The position numbers and the translations under genes were made by a program. The notes under the pieces were generated by a model. It made no database searches, was not told where the DNA came from, and saw only the letters and a program-made list of their open reading frames with translations. Shown one piece after another: positions 16,537 through 25,756 of a stretch of DNA of 45,976 nucleotides; positions within the stretch are counted from its first letter, which is position 1, and the number at the start of each line of letters is the position of its first letter. The stretch comes from Candidatus Bathyarchaeia archaeon (GTDB taxonomy: Archaea; Thermoproteota; Bathyarchaeia; Bathyarchaeales; Bathycorpusculaceae), in contig JBBFKZ010000014.1 of NCBI GenBank assembly GCA_037481775.1, forward strand, positions 1 to 45,976. Reading direction: 5' to 3'.

Positions 16537-17544
16537 CTAAAGATTTTTAGTGTATTCAGCAGCCAGTTTAAAGTACGCCGTGGCTTCACTTTTTGCTGCG
16601 GCTTTCTCTTCACCACATACATTCGGATCGTTTAGTTTGAAGCTGGCGACTTTTCCGCGCACGTAGGCCCGATAACACTTGTAGAAGGGCAGAAGCTCCG
16701 TCAATTCTCTGTCGCCCGAATAATCTAAGTATTTTTCAATAAATACGTCAGAAAGGTCTGCATGCTCTCTGAAGTCCAAGTCCATTGCTAGAAATGCTAC
16801 ATCCGCAGCGACATCAGAATACCTGAATCTGTCGTTGAATTCTATGGCGTCGAAGATGTAGATTCCATTTGTTATGAAAATGTTGCCGGAATGTATGTCG
16901 CCGTGGCAATCTTTGATCCTGCCCGCTGCAACCCGCTTCTCGAACACTGCGGCGTTGCGCTTCATGAAGTTACCGACTTTGCTGCTGATTAGTTCGTAAT
17001 CTTTCTTGGATATTGTTTCGCCTATGAACTCGCTTGTTTGATCGAAATTTTCTTTCCAATTTGCCTCTATTACCGCTAAGGCGCCGAACCTGCTTATCTG
17101 CTGGTTTGTTTCCGCTTTCTCATGGAAATCCGCAATTATCTTTGCTATCCTGTCCACGAGCTTCGCGTCCACTTTGCCCTCTTCGAGAAGTCTGCTCATT
17201 ATTTTTTCCTGCGGTAGCCGTTTCATTTTCACCGCGTACTCCACCGTTTCGCCAGCGCCCTTGATCTTGACGCCGTCTGCCTTGTTGATGGGCACGACTT
17301 CAAGGTACATATCGCTGCACAATCGCCTGTTAAGCTCCAGTTCTTTCTCGCAGAATAACCGTCTCTTCTCCAGCGTTGTGAAGTCGAGGAAGCCAAAATT
17401 CACAGCCTTCTTAACTTTATACACAAACCTTTCGGTTAGGAATACAAAGGAAATATGCGTCTGCATAAGCTCAACTTTGCCTACGTCTTCATCGTAGGCT
17501 TCCGGCTTCATTAACGCGTTCACAATCTGCTTTTGAGCCAGCAT
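16537..17544 (-). CDS. Aminoglycoside phosphotransferase-like kinase (COG2187)
   Basis: QTHISFVFL, VYKVKK, DCHGDIHSGNI, FDAIEFN and YRAYVRGKV. The likely ATG start is at 17544. Confidence 0.85.
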   Translation of the reverse strand: MLAQKQIVNALMKPEAYDEDVGKVELMQTHISFVFLTERFVYKVKKAVNFGFLDFTTLEKRRLFCEKELELNRRLCSDMYLEVVPINKADGVKIKGAGETVEYAVKMKRLPQEKIMSRLLEEGKVDAKLVDRIAKIIADFHEKAETNQQISRFGALAVIEANWKENFDQTSEFIGETISKKDYELISSKVGNFMKRNAAVFEKRVAAGRIKDCHGDIHSGNIFITNGIYIFDAIEFNDRFRYSDVAADVAFLAMDLDFREHADLSDVFIEKYLDYSGDRELTELLPFYKCYRAYVRGKVASFKLNDPNVCGEEKAAAKSEATAYFKLAAEYTKNL

Positions 17545-17782
17545 TGCCCAATTTGCCTTCCTTCGCTTTTGATGTGCGCTTTCTGATTTAAACAAAGCTT
17601 CAACCAGCAATATATAGAAATATCCTTCTACGCAAACCACGAGCGAATGGCTAAGGAATTTCATGTTTAATAATTAACGTGAGGTCCAGTTTTGAGGCGT
17701 TTGGGGTCATTTTTTGACATATTACAATTTCGGAATAAAAAGATAAATACATATTTAAAATAACTTTTTCCTGGTGCTACTA

Positions 17783-17878
17783 GTGAATATTGAAACTGCA
17801 GATGATCTGCAGAGTGCTCTTAGAGATGCAGGTTACTCTGAAAAGGCTATAGCCGAAATCATAAAGTGGTACACTTAA
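17783..17878 (+). CDS. 31-aa small protein (MNIETADDLQSALRDAGYSEKAIAEIIKWYT), not in the ORF track
   Basis: GTG start after GGTG, TATA-like ATTTAAAATAA at ~17753, and an amphipathic helix-GYS-helix pattern. Confidence 0.55.
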   Translation: MNIETADDLQSALRDAGYSEKAIAEIIKWYT

Positions 17879-18210
17879 TCGCGTACTTATCGATCTTATA
17901 GTAAATTTGTGGCTTCGCTTCTCATTTCACGCCTCGTGAAAGAGGCTCCGTCACCCCTACAAAATTTGTAGTCTCTGACGAGGGCGTTAGAGCTAGTCCA
18001 AAAAATCTTGAAAGAGCGGTTTTTGAACTTAGCTTATAATTATGCGTAGGACAAGTTGCCAAAGCAATAAGGACGTTGTGCGTCTGGCCATGGCAGGGGT
18101 AAATTGCTTCAGTTTCCCTAAATTCCCAGATTGTTTAATCTAAATCTTTAAACTATTTACCTTATATTTTGTTTTGCAATATACGTTACAGCTGAGAGAG
18201 GGAAAGAGCA

Positions 18211-18786
18211 GTGCAGTTAAAAATGAAAGATATAGATTTTTGCTTCGAAAATTTACTTGTAAAAATAATCGCTGATCGAAATCATCCAGAAATTCAACTT
18301 GCCGGGTTATCCGTGGGACCTTTCGAGGAAGGGAACGAATATGAAGTTTATTATTGGATAGCACAGGAACTTGTTAAGGCAGGAGTTGCCCATTTCCGTG
18401 AAGAAGACTGCCTAGACGCTACTAAACTATTCAAGATTCAATGGAAAGAGCGCGTTCAAGCGGCGGGGCAAATATCCGAGCTTTCAGAGGATTTTTACCC
18501 AAGGCTTCGCCGTTATTTGGCAAGTATAAAAAAGGATATAGCTAAACACCCTGAAAAGTTGCAAGAATACGAGAAGGCAAATCATTCAGCTTGGGACATC
18601 GTGAATTCTAGATTGAAAAAAATTGTTGCGTTGTCTTCTGGTCCTCCGCAAACTGATCAAATTCAAAAAAAATTAACATGCGAGGAGCGTTTCATTTATG
18701 CTCAACTTAGCAAGATAATCATTGAGTGGAAATCTCAAATACTAAACTTTGAAGGAGAGAACGGAGCAGAATGGCAAGAGAATTAG
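18211..18786 (+). CDS. GINS complex subunit (Gins23/Psf2-like)
   Basis: B-domain first (GPFEEGNEYEVYYWIA), then LSEDFY and RLKKIV. It overlaps the start of mcm. The start could instead be ATG 18223. Confidence 0.85.
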   Translation: MQLKMKDIDFCFENLLVKIIADRNHPEIQLAGLSVGPFEEGNEYEVYYWIAQELVKAGVAHFREEDCLDATKLFKIQWKERVQAAGQISELSEDFYPRLRRYLASIKKDIAKHPEKLQEYEKANHSAWDIVNSRLKKIVALSSGPPQTDQIQKKLTCEERFIYAQLSKIIIEWKSQILNFEGENGAEWQEN

Positions 18787-20807
18787 AAACGGTAGATCCG
18801 CAAAAAAGTTTTCTTGAGTTCTTCAAAAAAGAGAAGTATCGCCAGAGAATCTCGCAGATGGCAATAGCAGGAAGAGACTCAATTACTATAGATTTTGAGG
18901 ACCTCTTTGCATTTGACCAAAGCCTTGCCGAGAAACTGATGGAAAAACCCGACGCATTTTTGCAGTATGCCAGCAACGCCGCATATGAACAACTTGAAAT
19001 CGAAGATGCGGAATATGCCCAAAAAATAGACAAAGTAACCGTTAGAGTTGTGCAGCTCTTAGGAAAAGAGCAGCTTCGAAAACTCGGCTCAAAACAGCTT
19101 GGAAAACTAGTTATGATTGAGGCTATCGTGGTCCGAGCCACACCCGTTCGTCCGATGGTGATGAATGCGGCGTTCAAATGTAAGCGTTGCGGGACAATAA
19201 CAAATGTGGAACAATCAGGTCCGTTCTTAAAAGCTCCTTTTGAATGCAGCGATCCTACATGCAGACAGAAAGGTCCGTTCGAGTTTATTCAAGATGAGTC
19301 TACATTCATAGATTCGCAAGACCTTCGTCTACAAGAAAGACCCGAAGACCTGCCTCCGGGGCAGCTTCCACGCACAGTGAATGTTAAGCTCGTGGGAAGC
19401 GACATCGTTGACCTTGCCAGACCAGGCGACCATGTCTCGATAGTTGGAATAGTCCGTGCGGTTGCGCCTTCCCGTCCAGGAATAGGGAAACTTCGCACTT
19501 TTATTCTACACTTGGACGCTAACTCAATAGTGGTTTTGGGCAAGGAACCAGAAACTTCTCCGCCCACACCTGAGGAAGAAGAAAAAATTCTGGCGCTTGC
19601 AAAAGACCCTTCGGTTCACAAGAAAATAATGAACTCTATAGCGCCTTCAATCTACGGCTATGAGCACATCAAAGAGGCTATTATGTATCTCCTGTTCGGT
19701 GGTGTAGCAAAAAGCCTTCCAGACATCACTGTACGTGGCGAAATAAACACGCTTCTAATCGGAGATCCTGGCACCGCTAAATCTCAGCTTTTGCAGTATG
19801 TAGCCCGAATAGCGCCGCGTGGGTTGTACACTTCAGGTCGCGGAACAACTGCTGCTGGCTTAACTGCAGCCGTCATCCGCGAGAAAGGCGGCAGCATGAG
19901 CCTTGAAGCCGGCGCTCTGGTGCTAGCTGATAAGGGCATTGCGTGCATCGACGAAATGGATAAGATGCGCCCTGAAGACCGCGTTGCAATACACGAGGCG
20001 ATGGAGCAGCACACCGTATCAGTCGCGAAAGGCGGCATTGTCGCCACATTAAACGCCCGCACAGCAATACTTGCCGCGGCTAACCCTTCCTTGGGAAGGT
20101 ATGAACCGCACCGAACCGTAGCTGAGAACATCTCTTTACCGGTGACAATTCTGTCTAGGTTCGACTTGATTTTCGTGTTAAGAGACATCCCGAATAAGGA
20201 TTCAGATGCAAGAATGTTGGAGCACATCCTTGAGATTCACAAAAGAGGCGCAAGCCCTTTAGAAGCACAAATAGAACCTGACTTACTGCGAAAATACATA
20301 AGCTATGCTAAAACCATTAAGCCTGTGCTAAGCAGCGCCGCCGCCAGGCGTCTAGGCGATTTCTATTTGGCGATGCGCTCAGCAAGCGAAGCTGAGGGGT
20401 CGCCTGTTGCGATTACCGCACGGCAGTTGGAATCGCTTGTTCGTATAGCTGAGGCAAGGGCACGCGTAGCGTTGAGGAAGGAGGTTACTGTCGAAGACGC
20501 GGAAGCAGCGATAGCCATCATGAAGAAGTCTCTGGAGGAGGTTGGCATAGATGTGTCCTCCGAAAGGATGGACATAGATCTTATAATGACTGGGAAACCT
20601 AAAAGCGTCCGAGACAAGCTGCAAGTAGTTCTTTCGGTGCTGGTTGAAATGGAAAAAGAAACAGGTATGGTTGAAAAAGCCGCGCTCGTAAGCGAGTTAG
20701 AGTCAAAGCATCAGATTCAAAAAGCTGAAACAGAACGCATGCTTAGCCAATTGCTACGTGAGGGCACAATCTACGAGCCGAGAGAAGGTTACCTAAAGAA
20801 GACATAA
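18771..20807 (+). CDS. mcm: Replicative helicase MCM
   Basis: Zn finger CKRC...C...C, Walker A GDPGTAKS, IDEMDKM and SRFD arginine finger. No intein. Confidence 0.97.
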   Translation: MARELETVDPQKSFLEFFKKEKYRQRISQMAIAGRDSITIDFEDLFAFDQSLAEKLMEKPDAFLQYASNAAYEQLEIEDAEYAQKIDKVTVRVVQLLGKEQLRKLGSKQLGKLVMIEAIVVRATPVRPMVMNAAFKCKRCGTITNVEQSGPFLKAPFECSDPTCRQKGPFEFIQDESTFIDSQDLRLQERPEDLPPGQLPRTVNVKLVGSDIVDLARPGDHVSIVGIVRAVAPSRPGIGKLRTFILHLDANSIVVLGKEPETSPPTPEEEEKILALAKDPSVHKKIMNSIAPSIYGYEHIKEAIMYLLFGGVAKSLPDITVRGEINTLLIGDPGTAKSQLLQYVARIAPRGLYTSGRGTTAAGLTAAVIREKGGSMSLEAGALVLADKGIACIDEMDKMRPEDRVAIHEAMEQHTVSVAKGGIVATLNARTAILAAANPSLGRYEPHRTVAENISLPVTILSRFDLIFVLRDIPNKDSDARMLEHILEIHKRGASPLEAQIEPDLLRKYISYAKTIKPVLSSAAARRLGDFYLAMRSASEAEGSPVAITARQLESLVRIAEARARVALRKEVTVEDAEAAIAIMKKSLEEVGIDVSSERMDIDLIMTGKPKSVRDKLQVVLSVLVEMEKETGMVEKAALVSELESKHQIQKAETERMLSQLLREGTIYEPREGYLKKT

Positions 20808-21908
20808 GTGAGAAAAATGAAGGCAGTACTGGTTGTTGCGGGCACAAGACCTGAAATAATAAAGATGGCGCCTGTCATACGGTCTTTGCAAAGAACCGGT
20901 ATTCCCTTCAACTTCGTCCACTGCGGACAGCACTATGACTATAATATGGCGCAGCAGTTCCTAGAGGAACTTGCGCTTCCTCAACCATCCCTAACCTTCA
21001 GAATTAAGGCTACTTCACCTGCTGTGCAGACTGCGCGGATAATGATGCGTATGGCCGGGTTACTGAAGAAAACCGCGCCTGCACTGGTTTTGGTTGAAGG
21101 CGATACCAATAGTGTGCTTGCAGCAGCGCTGGCAGCAAACAAGCGTGGCGTCCCAGTGGGACATGTGGAAGCTGGTTTAAGAAGTTTTGACTTGCGTATG
21201 CCAGAGGAACATAACAGGCGCTTAACTGACCATTTGTCGGAGTATTTGTTTGCTCCAACGCTACGGGCAGAAGCTAATTTGAAAATCGAAAATGTTTGGG
21301 GCAAAATCTACGTGACGGGTAACACTGTTATCGACGCCGTGAATCAGCATCTGCCTATTGCCGAAAAGAAGTCCAGAATACTTGATGAGATATGTTTTGA
21401 AAGGTTTGCGTTGGCAACGGCGCATAGAGCGGAAAACGTGGACGATTTGGTGGTGCTAAAGAATTTCGTGGAAGCCTTCATGGAATCGCCGTTGCCTGTT
21501 GTTTACCCAATGCATCCACGCACAAGAAAGCGATTACGCAAGAGTGGATTGTACACAAAAATCAAAAAGAGCCGGAACATTCAGGTTTTACCGCCTGTTG
21601 GCTATCTGGACTTTCTTGTGCTAATGAGAAAATGCGAGTTGATTATCACTGATTCTGGGGGAGTTCAGGAAGAAGCTACTGCTCCATGCATAAGGAAACC
21701 CGTTTTGGTGATTCGTCTCTCAACTGAAAGGCCTGAAGCTGTGGAAGCAGGATTCGCCGAAGTTGTCGGAACCAAGAAGCGTGAAATTTTGGCGGCTATA
21801 GAAAAAACCTTAGCGAGACGGAAAGAACTGCCTGTGCAGTCTCCTTTTGGAGATGGTAACGCAGCAGAAAAAATCACGCAAATAATCCAAAGCAACCTCT
21901 TTCTGTAA
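20808..21908 (+). CDS. wecB: UDP-N-acetylglucosamine 2-epimerase (non-hydrolysing)
   Basis: GTRPEIIK, HVEAGLRS, PEEHNR, TDSGGVQEEA and TERPE. Confidence 0.95.
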   Translation: MRKMKAVLVVAGTRPEIIKMAPVIRSLQRTGIPFNFVHCGQHYDYNMAQQFLEELALPQPSLTFRIKATSPAVQTARIMMRMAGLLKKTAPALVLVEGDTNSVLAAALAANKRGVPVGHVEAGLRSFDLRMPEEHNRRLTDHLSEYLFAPTLRAEANLKIENVWGKIYVTGNTVIDAVNQHLPIAEKKSRILDEICFERFALATAHRAENVDDLVVLKNFVEAFMESPLPVVYPMHPRTRKRLRKSGLYTKIKKSRNIQVLPPVGYLDFLVLMRKCELIITDSGGVQEEATAPCIRKPVLVIRLSTERPEAVEAGFAEVVGTKKREILAAIEKTLARRKELPVQSPFGDGNAAEKITQIIQSNLFL

Positions 21909-22177
21909 TAGCTCTACCGTGCATAACAAGCTTTTACTAGCCGTTTATTTATTGTTTGTGTAGAACCATAGCTCAGGAAATTTGCAGTTGCTATCTAAAA
22001 ATAAGGAAGGACGTATGTAGCTTCTGCTTCTGTACTCCTGCGGTGCTTATAGCTTACATTTAAAAGAGAAAAGGGGGTCTTAACATTAAGCCCGAAATCT
22101 TTAAAACAAATGCAAAAGCAATGGTAACGTTTATTACTTTAGTTTATTATTGCTAAAAGACGCGAAGCGGGAATGCC

Positions 22178-23191
22178 ATGGGTCACCGAAAAACTCATGC
22201 TCCAAAACATGGTTCACTTGCCTATTTGCCTAGGAAACGCGCCAAACGGCCAGTTGCACGGATAAGATATTGGCCTAAAATTAGCGTTGATGTTCCCCGG
22301 CTTTTAGGTTTTGCAGGCTACAAGGCAGGAATGACTTTCGTCTTTACTATAGAAGATAGAAAACGTAGCCCGAGCTTTGGGAAAGAAGTGATGCGTGCTG
22401 CTACGGTAATAGAAACACCGCCTATGCTTATATGCGGCATTCGCACTTACACGAAAACGCCTTATGGGCTAAGGAACCTCACTGAAGCTTGGATGAAAGA
22501 TCCGCCAGCCGAACTTGACCGCGCCCTAGTTTTACCTGAAAACTTTGACACTGAACAGATGCTTCAGAAACTTGAGCAGAACCTGCCCAAAACAGCGGTT
22601 GTTCGAGTTATCGCCGCAACACAACCCAAGGAAGCTAGCCTCTCTAAGAAAAAACCCGAGATAATCGAAATTGAAATAGGTGGAGGCACCATACCTAAAC
22701 AACTTGAATATGCAAAATCACTTTTAGGTAAAACAGTGACCGCCGAAGAAGTTTTCAAGGATGGTCAGTACATTGATGTTGTTGCCGTCACGACGGGCAA
22801 AGGCTTCCAAGGTCCAGTTAAACGTTGGGGGGTCACAATACTCCAGCATAAAGGTCGAAAAACCAAACGCGGCATTGCAACCCTTGGACCATGGAACCCA
22901 CACCACATCATGTACTCTATCCCACGCGCAGGTCAAATGGGTTACCATCAAAGAACCGAGTATAACAAGCGTGTGCTCAAGATTGGCAAAGACGGCAAGG
23001 AGGTCACAGTTAAAGGCGGTTACATACGCTATGGTGTGCTTAAGGGACCCTATATACTCATAGACGGTAGTATTCCAGGCCCTGAAAAGCGCCTTATACG
23101 GCTTCGTTATCCCGCGCGACCGCCAAAAGAAGCGCCTGAAACGGCACCGCAAATTACCTACATATCGCTTGATTCACCTCAAGGAAAATAA
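22178..23191 (+). CDS. rpl3: 50S ribosomal protein L3
   Basis: GSLAYLPRKRA, GYKAGMT and GQMGYHQRTEYNK. Confidence 0.97.
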   Translation: MGHRKTHAPKHGSLAYLPRKRAKRPVARIRYWPKISVDVPRLLGFAGYKAGMTFVFTIEDRKRSPSFGKEVMRAATVIETPPMLICGIRTYTKTPYGLRNLTEAWMKDPPAELDRALVLPENFDTEQMLQKLEQNLPKTAVVRVIAATQPKEASLSKKKPEIIEIEIGGGTIPKQLEYAKSLLGKTVTAEEVFKDGQYIDVVAVTTGKGFQGPVKRWGVTILQHKGRKTKRGIATLGPWNPHHIMYSIPRAGQMGYHQRTEYNKRVLKIGKDGKEVTVKGGYIRYGVLKGPYILIDGSIPGPEKRLIRLRYPARPPKEAPETAPQITYISLDSPQGK

Positions 23192-23204
23192 TGGGGATTA
23201 AAAT

Positions 23205-23999
23205 ATGCCTGCTAAAAAAACCGTGAAAATTTTTGATCTTCAAGGAAAACCCGTAGATAAATTGGTTCTTCCAGATGTTTTTGAGACGCCAATAAGGCCT
23301 GACGTGATAAAACGTGCCGTGCTTGCAGTTCAATCCAGCAGGCTTCAACCCCAAGGGCGCGATCCGATGGCTGGAAAAAGAACCAGCGCTGAATCTCGCG
23401 GCACAGGCATGGGAATAGCACGGGTACCCCGCGTGAAAGGCGGAGGCGGCAGAGCCGCGTTTGCTCCAAGCACTGTAGGCGGCCGTCAGCCTCATCCACC
23501 GAAAGCTGAAAAGAAAATAGTGAAGCGTATTCCCAAGAAGGAAGCGCGGCTTGCTCTGTTTTCAGCCATAGCTGCTACCGCATCTAAGGAAGCTGTAGCG
23601 GCGAGAGGACATCGCATTGAGGATGTTCCCGAGATTCCTTTAATAGTTACCGATCAGATTGAGGAGCTAAATAGAACAAGCGAGTTGGAAGCAGCGATCA
23701 CGAATTTAGGTATTTTAGCAGACATTTACCGCGTGAAGGAAAGTCGAAAAATTCGCGCTGGCAAAGGCAAGCGCAGAGGCAGAAAACTGAAGCAGGCTGT
23801 GGGTCCACTTATTGTAGTGGCTGAAAACAAAGGAATAGCCGAAGCGGCAAGTAACCTGCCAGGAGTGGATGTCGCCACGATTAGCAATCTTAACGTGGAG
23901 CTTCTGGCGCCGGGCACTCATCCAGGTAGGCTGACTTTGTGGACAAGCGGCGCTATCAAGCAATTAGCTAAGCTTTACAGTGGAGGGAAAGCTGAATAA
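23205..23999 (+). CDS. rpl4: 50S ribosomal protein L4
   Basis: AGKRTSAES, RAGKGKRRGR and LAPGTHPGRL. Confidence 0.97.
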   Translation: MPAKKTVKIFDLQGKPVDKLVLPDVFETPIRPDVIKRAVLAVQSSRLQPQGRDPMAGKRTSAESRGTGMGIARVPRVKGGGGRAAFAPSTVGGRQPHPPKAEKKIVKRIPKKEARLALFSAIAATASKEAVAARGHRIEDVPEIPLIVTDQIEELNRTSELEAAITNLGILADIYRVKESRKIRAGKGKRRGRKLKQAVGPLIVVAENKGIAEAASNLPGVDVATISNLNVELLAPGTHPGRLTLWTSGAIKQLAKLYSGGKAE

Positions 24000-24259
24000 T
24001 GAATATCGATGAAGTTATTCTTCATCCGTTAATGACGGAATCTGCAAGTCTCATGGTGGAAAAAGATAACAAGCTAATCTTCATAGTTAATCTTAACGCA
24101 ACCAAGGCTGACGTGAAAAGAGCTGTTGAACACCTTTATGAGGTAAAGGTTGCCAAGGTCACTGTTCAAATAACGTCGCAGGGCGAGAAGAAAGCTTTCG
24201 TTAAGCTTAACCCAGAATATAAGGCATCAGATGTTGCTATTAAACTTGGCATATTGTAA
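23999..24259 (+). CDS. rpl23: 50S ribosomal protein L23
   Basis: NKLIFIV and GEKKAFVKL, in the expected operon position. Confidence 0.96.
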   Translation: MNIDEVILHPLMTESASLMVEKDNKLIFIVNLNATKADVKRAVEHLYEVKVAKVTVQITSQGEKKAFVKLNPEYKASDVAIKLGIL

Positions 24260-24280
24260 AATTATGTGGAGGAATAGTTA

Positions 24281-25024
24281 ATGGGTAAAAGAATTCGTGT
24301 TCAAAGACGGGGACGCGGCGGCATGCCTTTTAGGGCTGCCACTCACAAGCGAGTTGCTCCTGCAAAGTATCCTGTGTCCATATCTTCTAAGGACTATTTT
24401 GAATCTTCAATTAACGGAGTAATCGAATCTTTTGTGCATGATGCTGGACGCGGCGCACCATTAGCATTTGTGCGTTTCGAAAACGGTGAAACATGCTACA
24501 TTGCTGCTCCTGAAGGAGTCTCCGAAGGACAACAAATCAGCTTAGGCGGGAAGGCTCCATCAGAGGTAGGTAATATTCTACCCTTAGGCAAAGTTCCTGA
24601 GGGAACCTTGGTCTGTAATCTTGAGCTTCGACCAGGCGACGGCGGCAAGCTGGCTAAGTCCTCAGGTGCTTACGCTACGGTCGTTGCACACACGCCGCAA
24701 GGTACAATGATTCGTTTGCCTTCTGGACGTACACGTTATGTTGATGACTACTGTATGGCTACTGTGGGTGTGGTTTCAGGCGGTGGCAGGACCGAGAAGC
24801 CGTTCCTTAAGGCGGGAGAAAAATTCCATCTCATGCGAGCGAGGGGACGCAAGTATCCGAGAACTCGTGGAAGAGCCATGGTGGCTGCTGTTCACCCCTA
24901 CGGTAGTAGCAAGCGAAGCGCTCGCAAGGTAACCACAACTTCCCATGGTGCACCGCCAGGACAAAAAGTCGGATTGATTGCTGCGAGAGGTGCAGGGCAA
25001 AAGCGTAAACGGAAAACAACCTGA
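24281..25024 (+). CDS. rpl2: 50S ribosomal protein L2
   Basis: MGKRIRVQRRG, PGDGGKL and APPGQKVGLIAAR. Confidence 0.97.
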   Translation: MGKRIRVQRRGRGGMPFRAATHKRVAPAKYPVSISSKDYFESSINGVIESFVHDAGRGAPLAFVRFENGETCYIAAPEGVSEGQQISLGGKAPSEVGNILPLGKVPEGTLVCNLELRPGDGGKLAKSSGAYATVVAHTPQGTMIRLPSGRTRYVDDYCMATVGVVSGGGRTEKPFLKAGEKFHLMRARGRKYPRTRGRAMVAAVHPYGSSKRSARKVTTTSHGAPPGQKVGLIAARGAGQKRKRKTT

Positions 25025-25071
25025 GATAACGTTTATAGCATCTAAAACATGTAAAATTAAGGTGAGGAAAA

Positions 25072-25476
25072 ATGCCGAAAGAATTCATGTACCGCGGCCA
25101 TACGCTCAGCAGTTTGCAAGCCATGTCTATGGATGAATTCATTAATCTGCTTCCCTCAAGGCAGAGGAGAAGCCTTCAACGCGGCTTGACACCTGAGCAA
25201 CGGATACTACTGGGAAAGATACGAGAAGCGCGAGAAGCCGCCAAAAAAGGCGAGAACATTACCATAAAAACTCATGTTCGCGATTTAGTTATTCTGCCAG
25301 AAATGATCGGTGTGAAAATTCTTGTGCACAACGGCAAGGAATTCTTCCCTGTGGAAATAAAGCCGGAAATGATTGGGCATTACCTAGGCGAGTTTGCCAT
25401 AACAAACAAGCCTGTTAAGCACGGAACTCCTGGCATTGGCGCTTCACGGTCTTCAATGTATGTGCCGCTGAAGTAA
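25072..25476 (+). CDS. rps19: 30S ribosomal protein S19
   Basis: MIGHYLGEF and [18 protein letters not shown]. Confidence 0.97.
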   Translation: MPKEFMYRGHTLSSLQAMSMDEFINLLPSRQRRSLQRGLTPEQRILLGKIREAREAAKKGENITIKTHVRDLVILPEMIGVKILVHNGKEFFPVEIKPEMIGHYLGEFAITNKPVKHGTPGIGASRSSMYVPLK

Positions 25477-25756
25477 ACTGCCAGCCCCATTTTTACATTT
25501 GGTCTCTGCCGCTGAGGAAAACCATAACCCTTTCTTATTTATACTGTAAATGTCCGATCCGTGGGCGAAACGGCCAAAAAAATTGCTGACGCCCCCTTCT
25601 TGGCATGTTTAGTTGCCCGTGATGGCTTTAGATGAGGGTACACTGCTAGAATGGGCTGGCTTAAATTCTTCGATTACTGGTTATGCCTATTCTCTTGGGT
25701 AAAGTATGGCGCTTCTACTACCGTTTTATGTATTTAACAATAAAAAGGAAAAGGAG

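Noticed and set aside
17929-17987. Hammerhead ribozyme (CTGACGA and GAAA present)
   Set aside because: Stems I and II do not abut the core nucleotides as required, so it is kept only as a generic structured element.
17545-18210. Replication origin next to gins-mcm
   Set aside because: No repeated ORB-like boxes and no cdc6/orc1 gene in the window.
25505-25665. RNase P RNA (GAGGAAA, GAAACGGC, TAGATGA and AGAA...GCTTA in the right order)
   Set aside because: The P4 strands are not complementary, and the region is too short and has an AT-rich middle.
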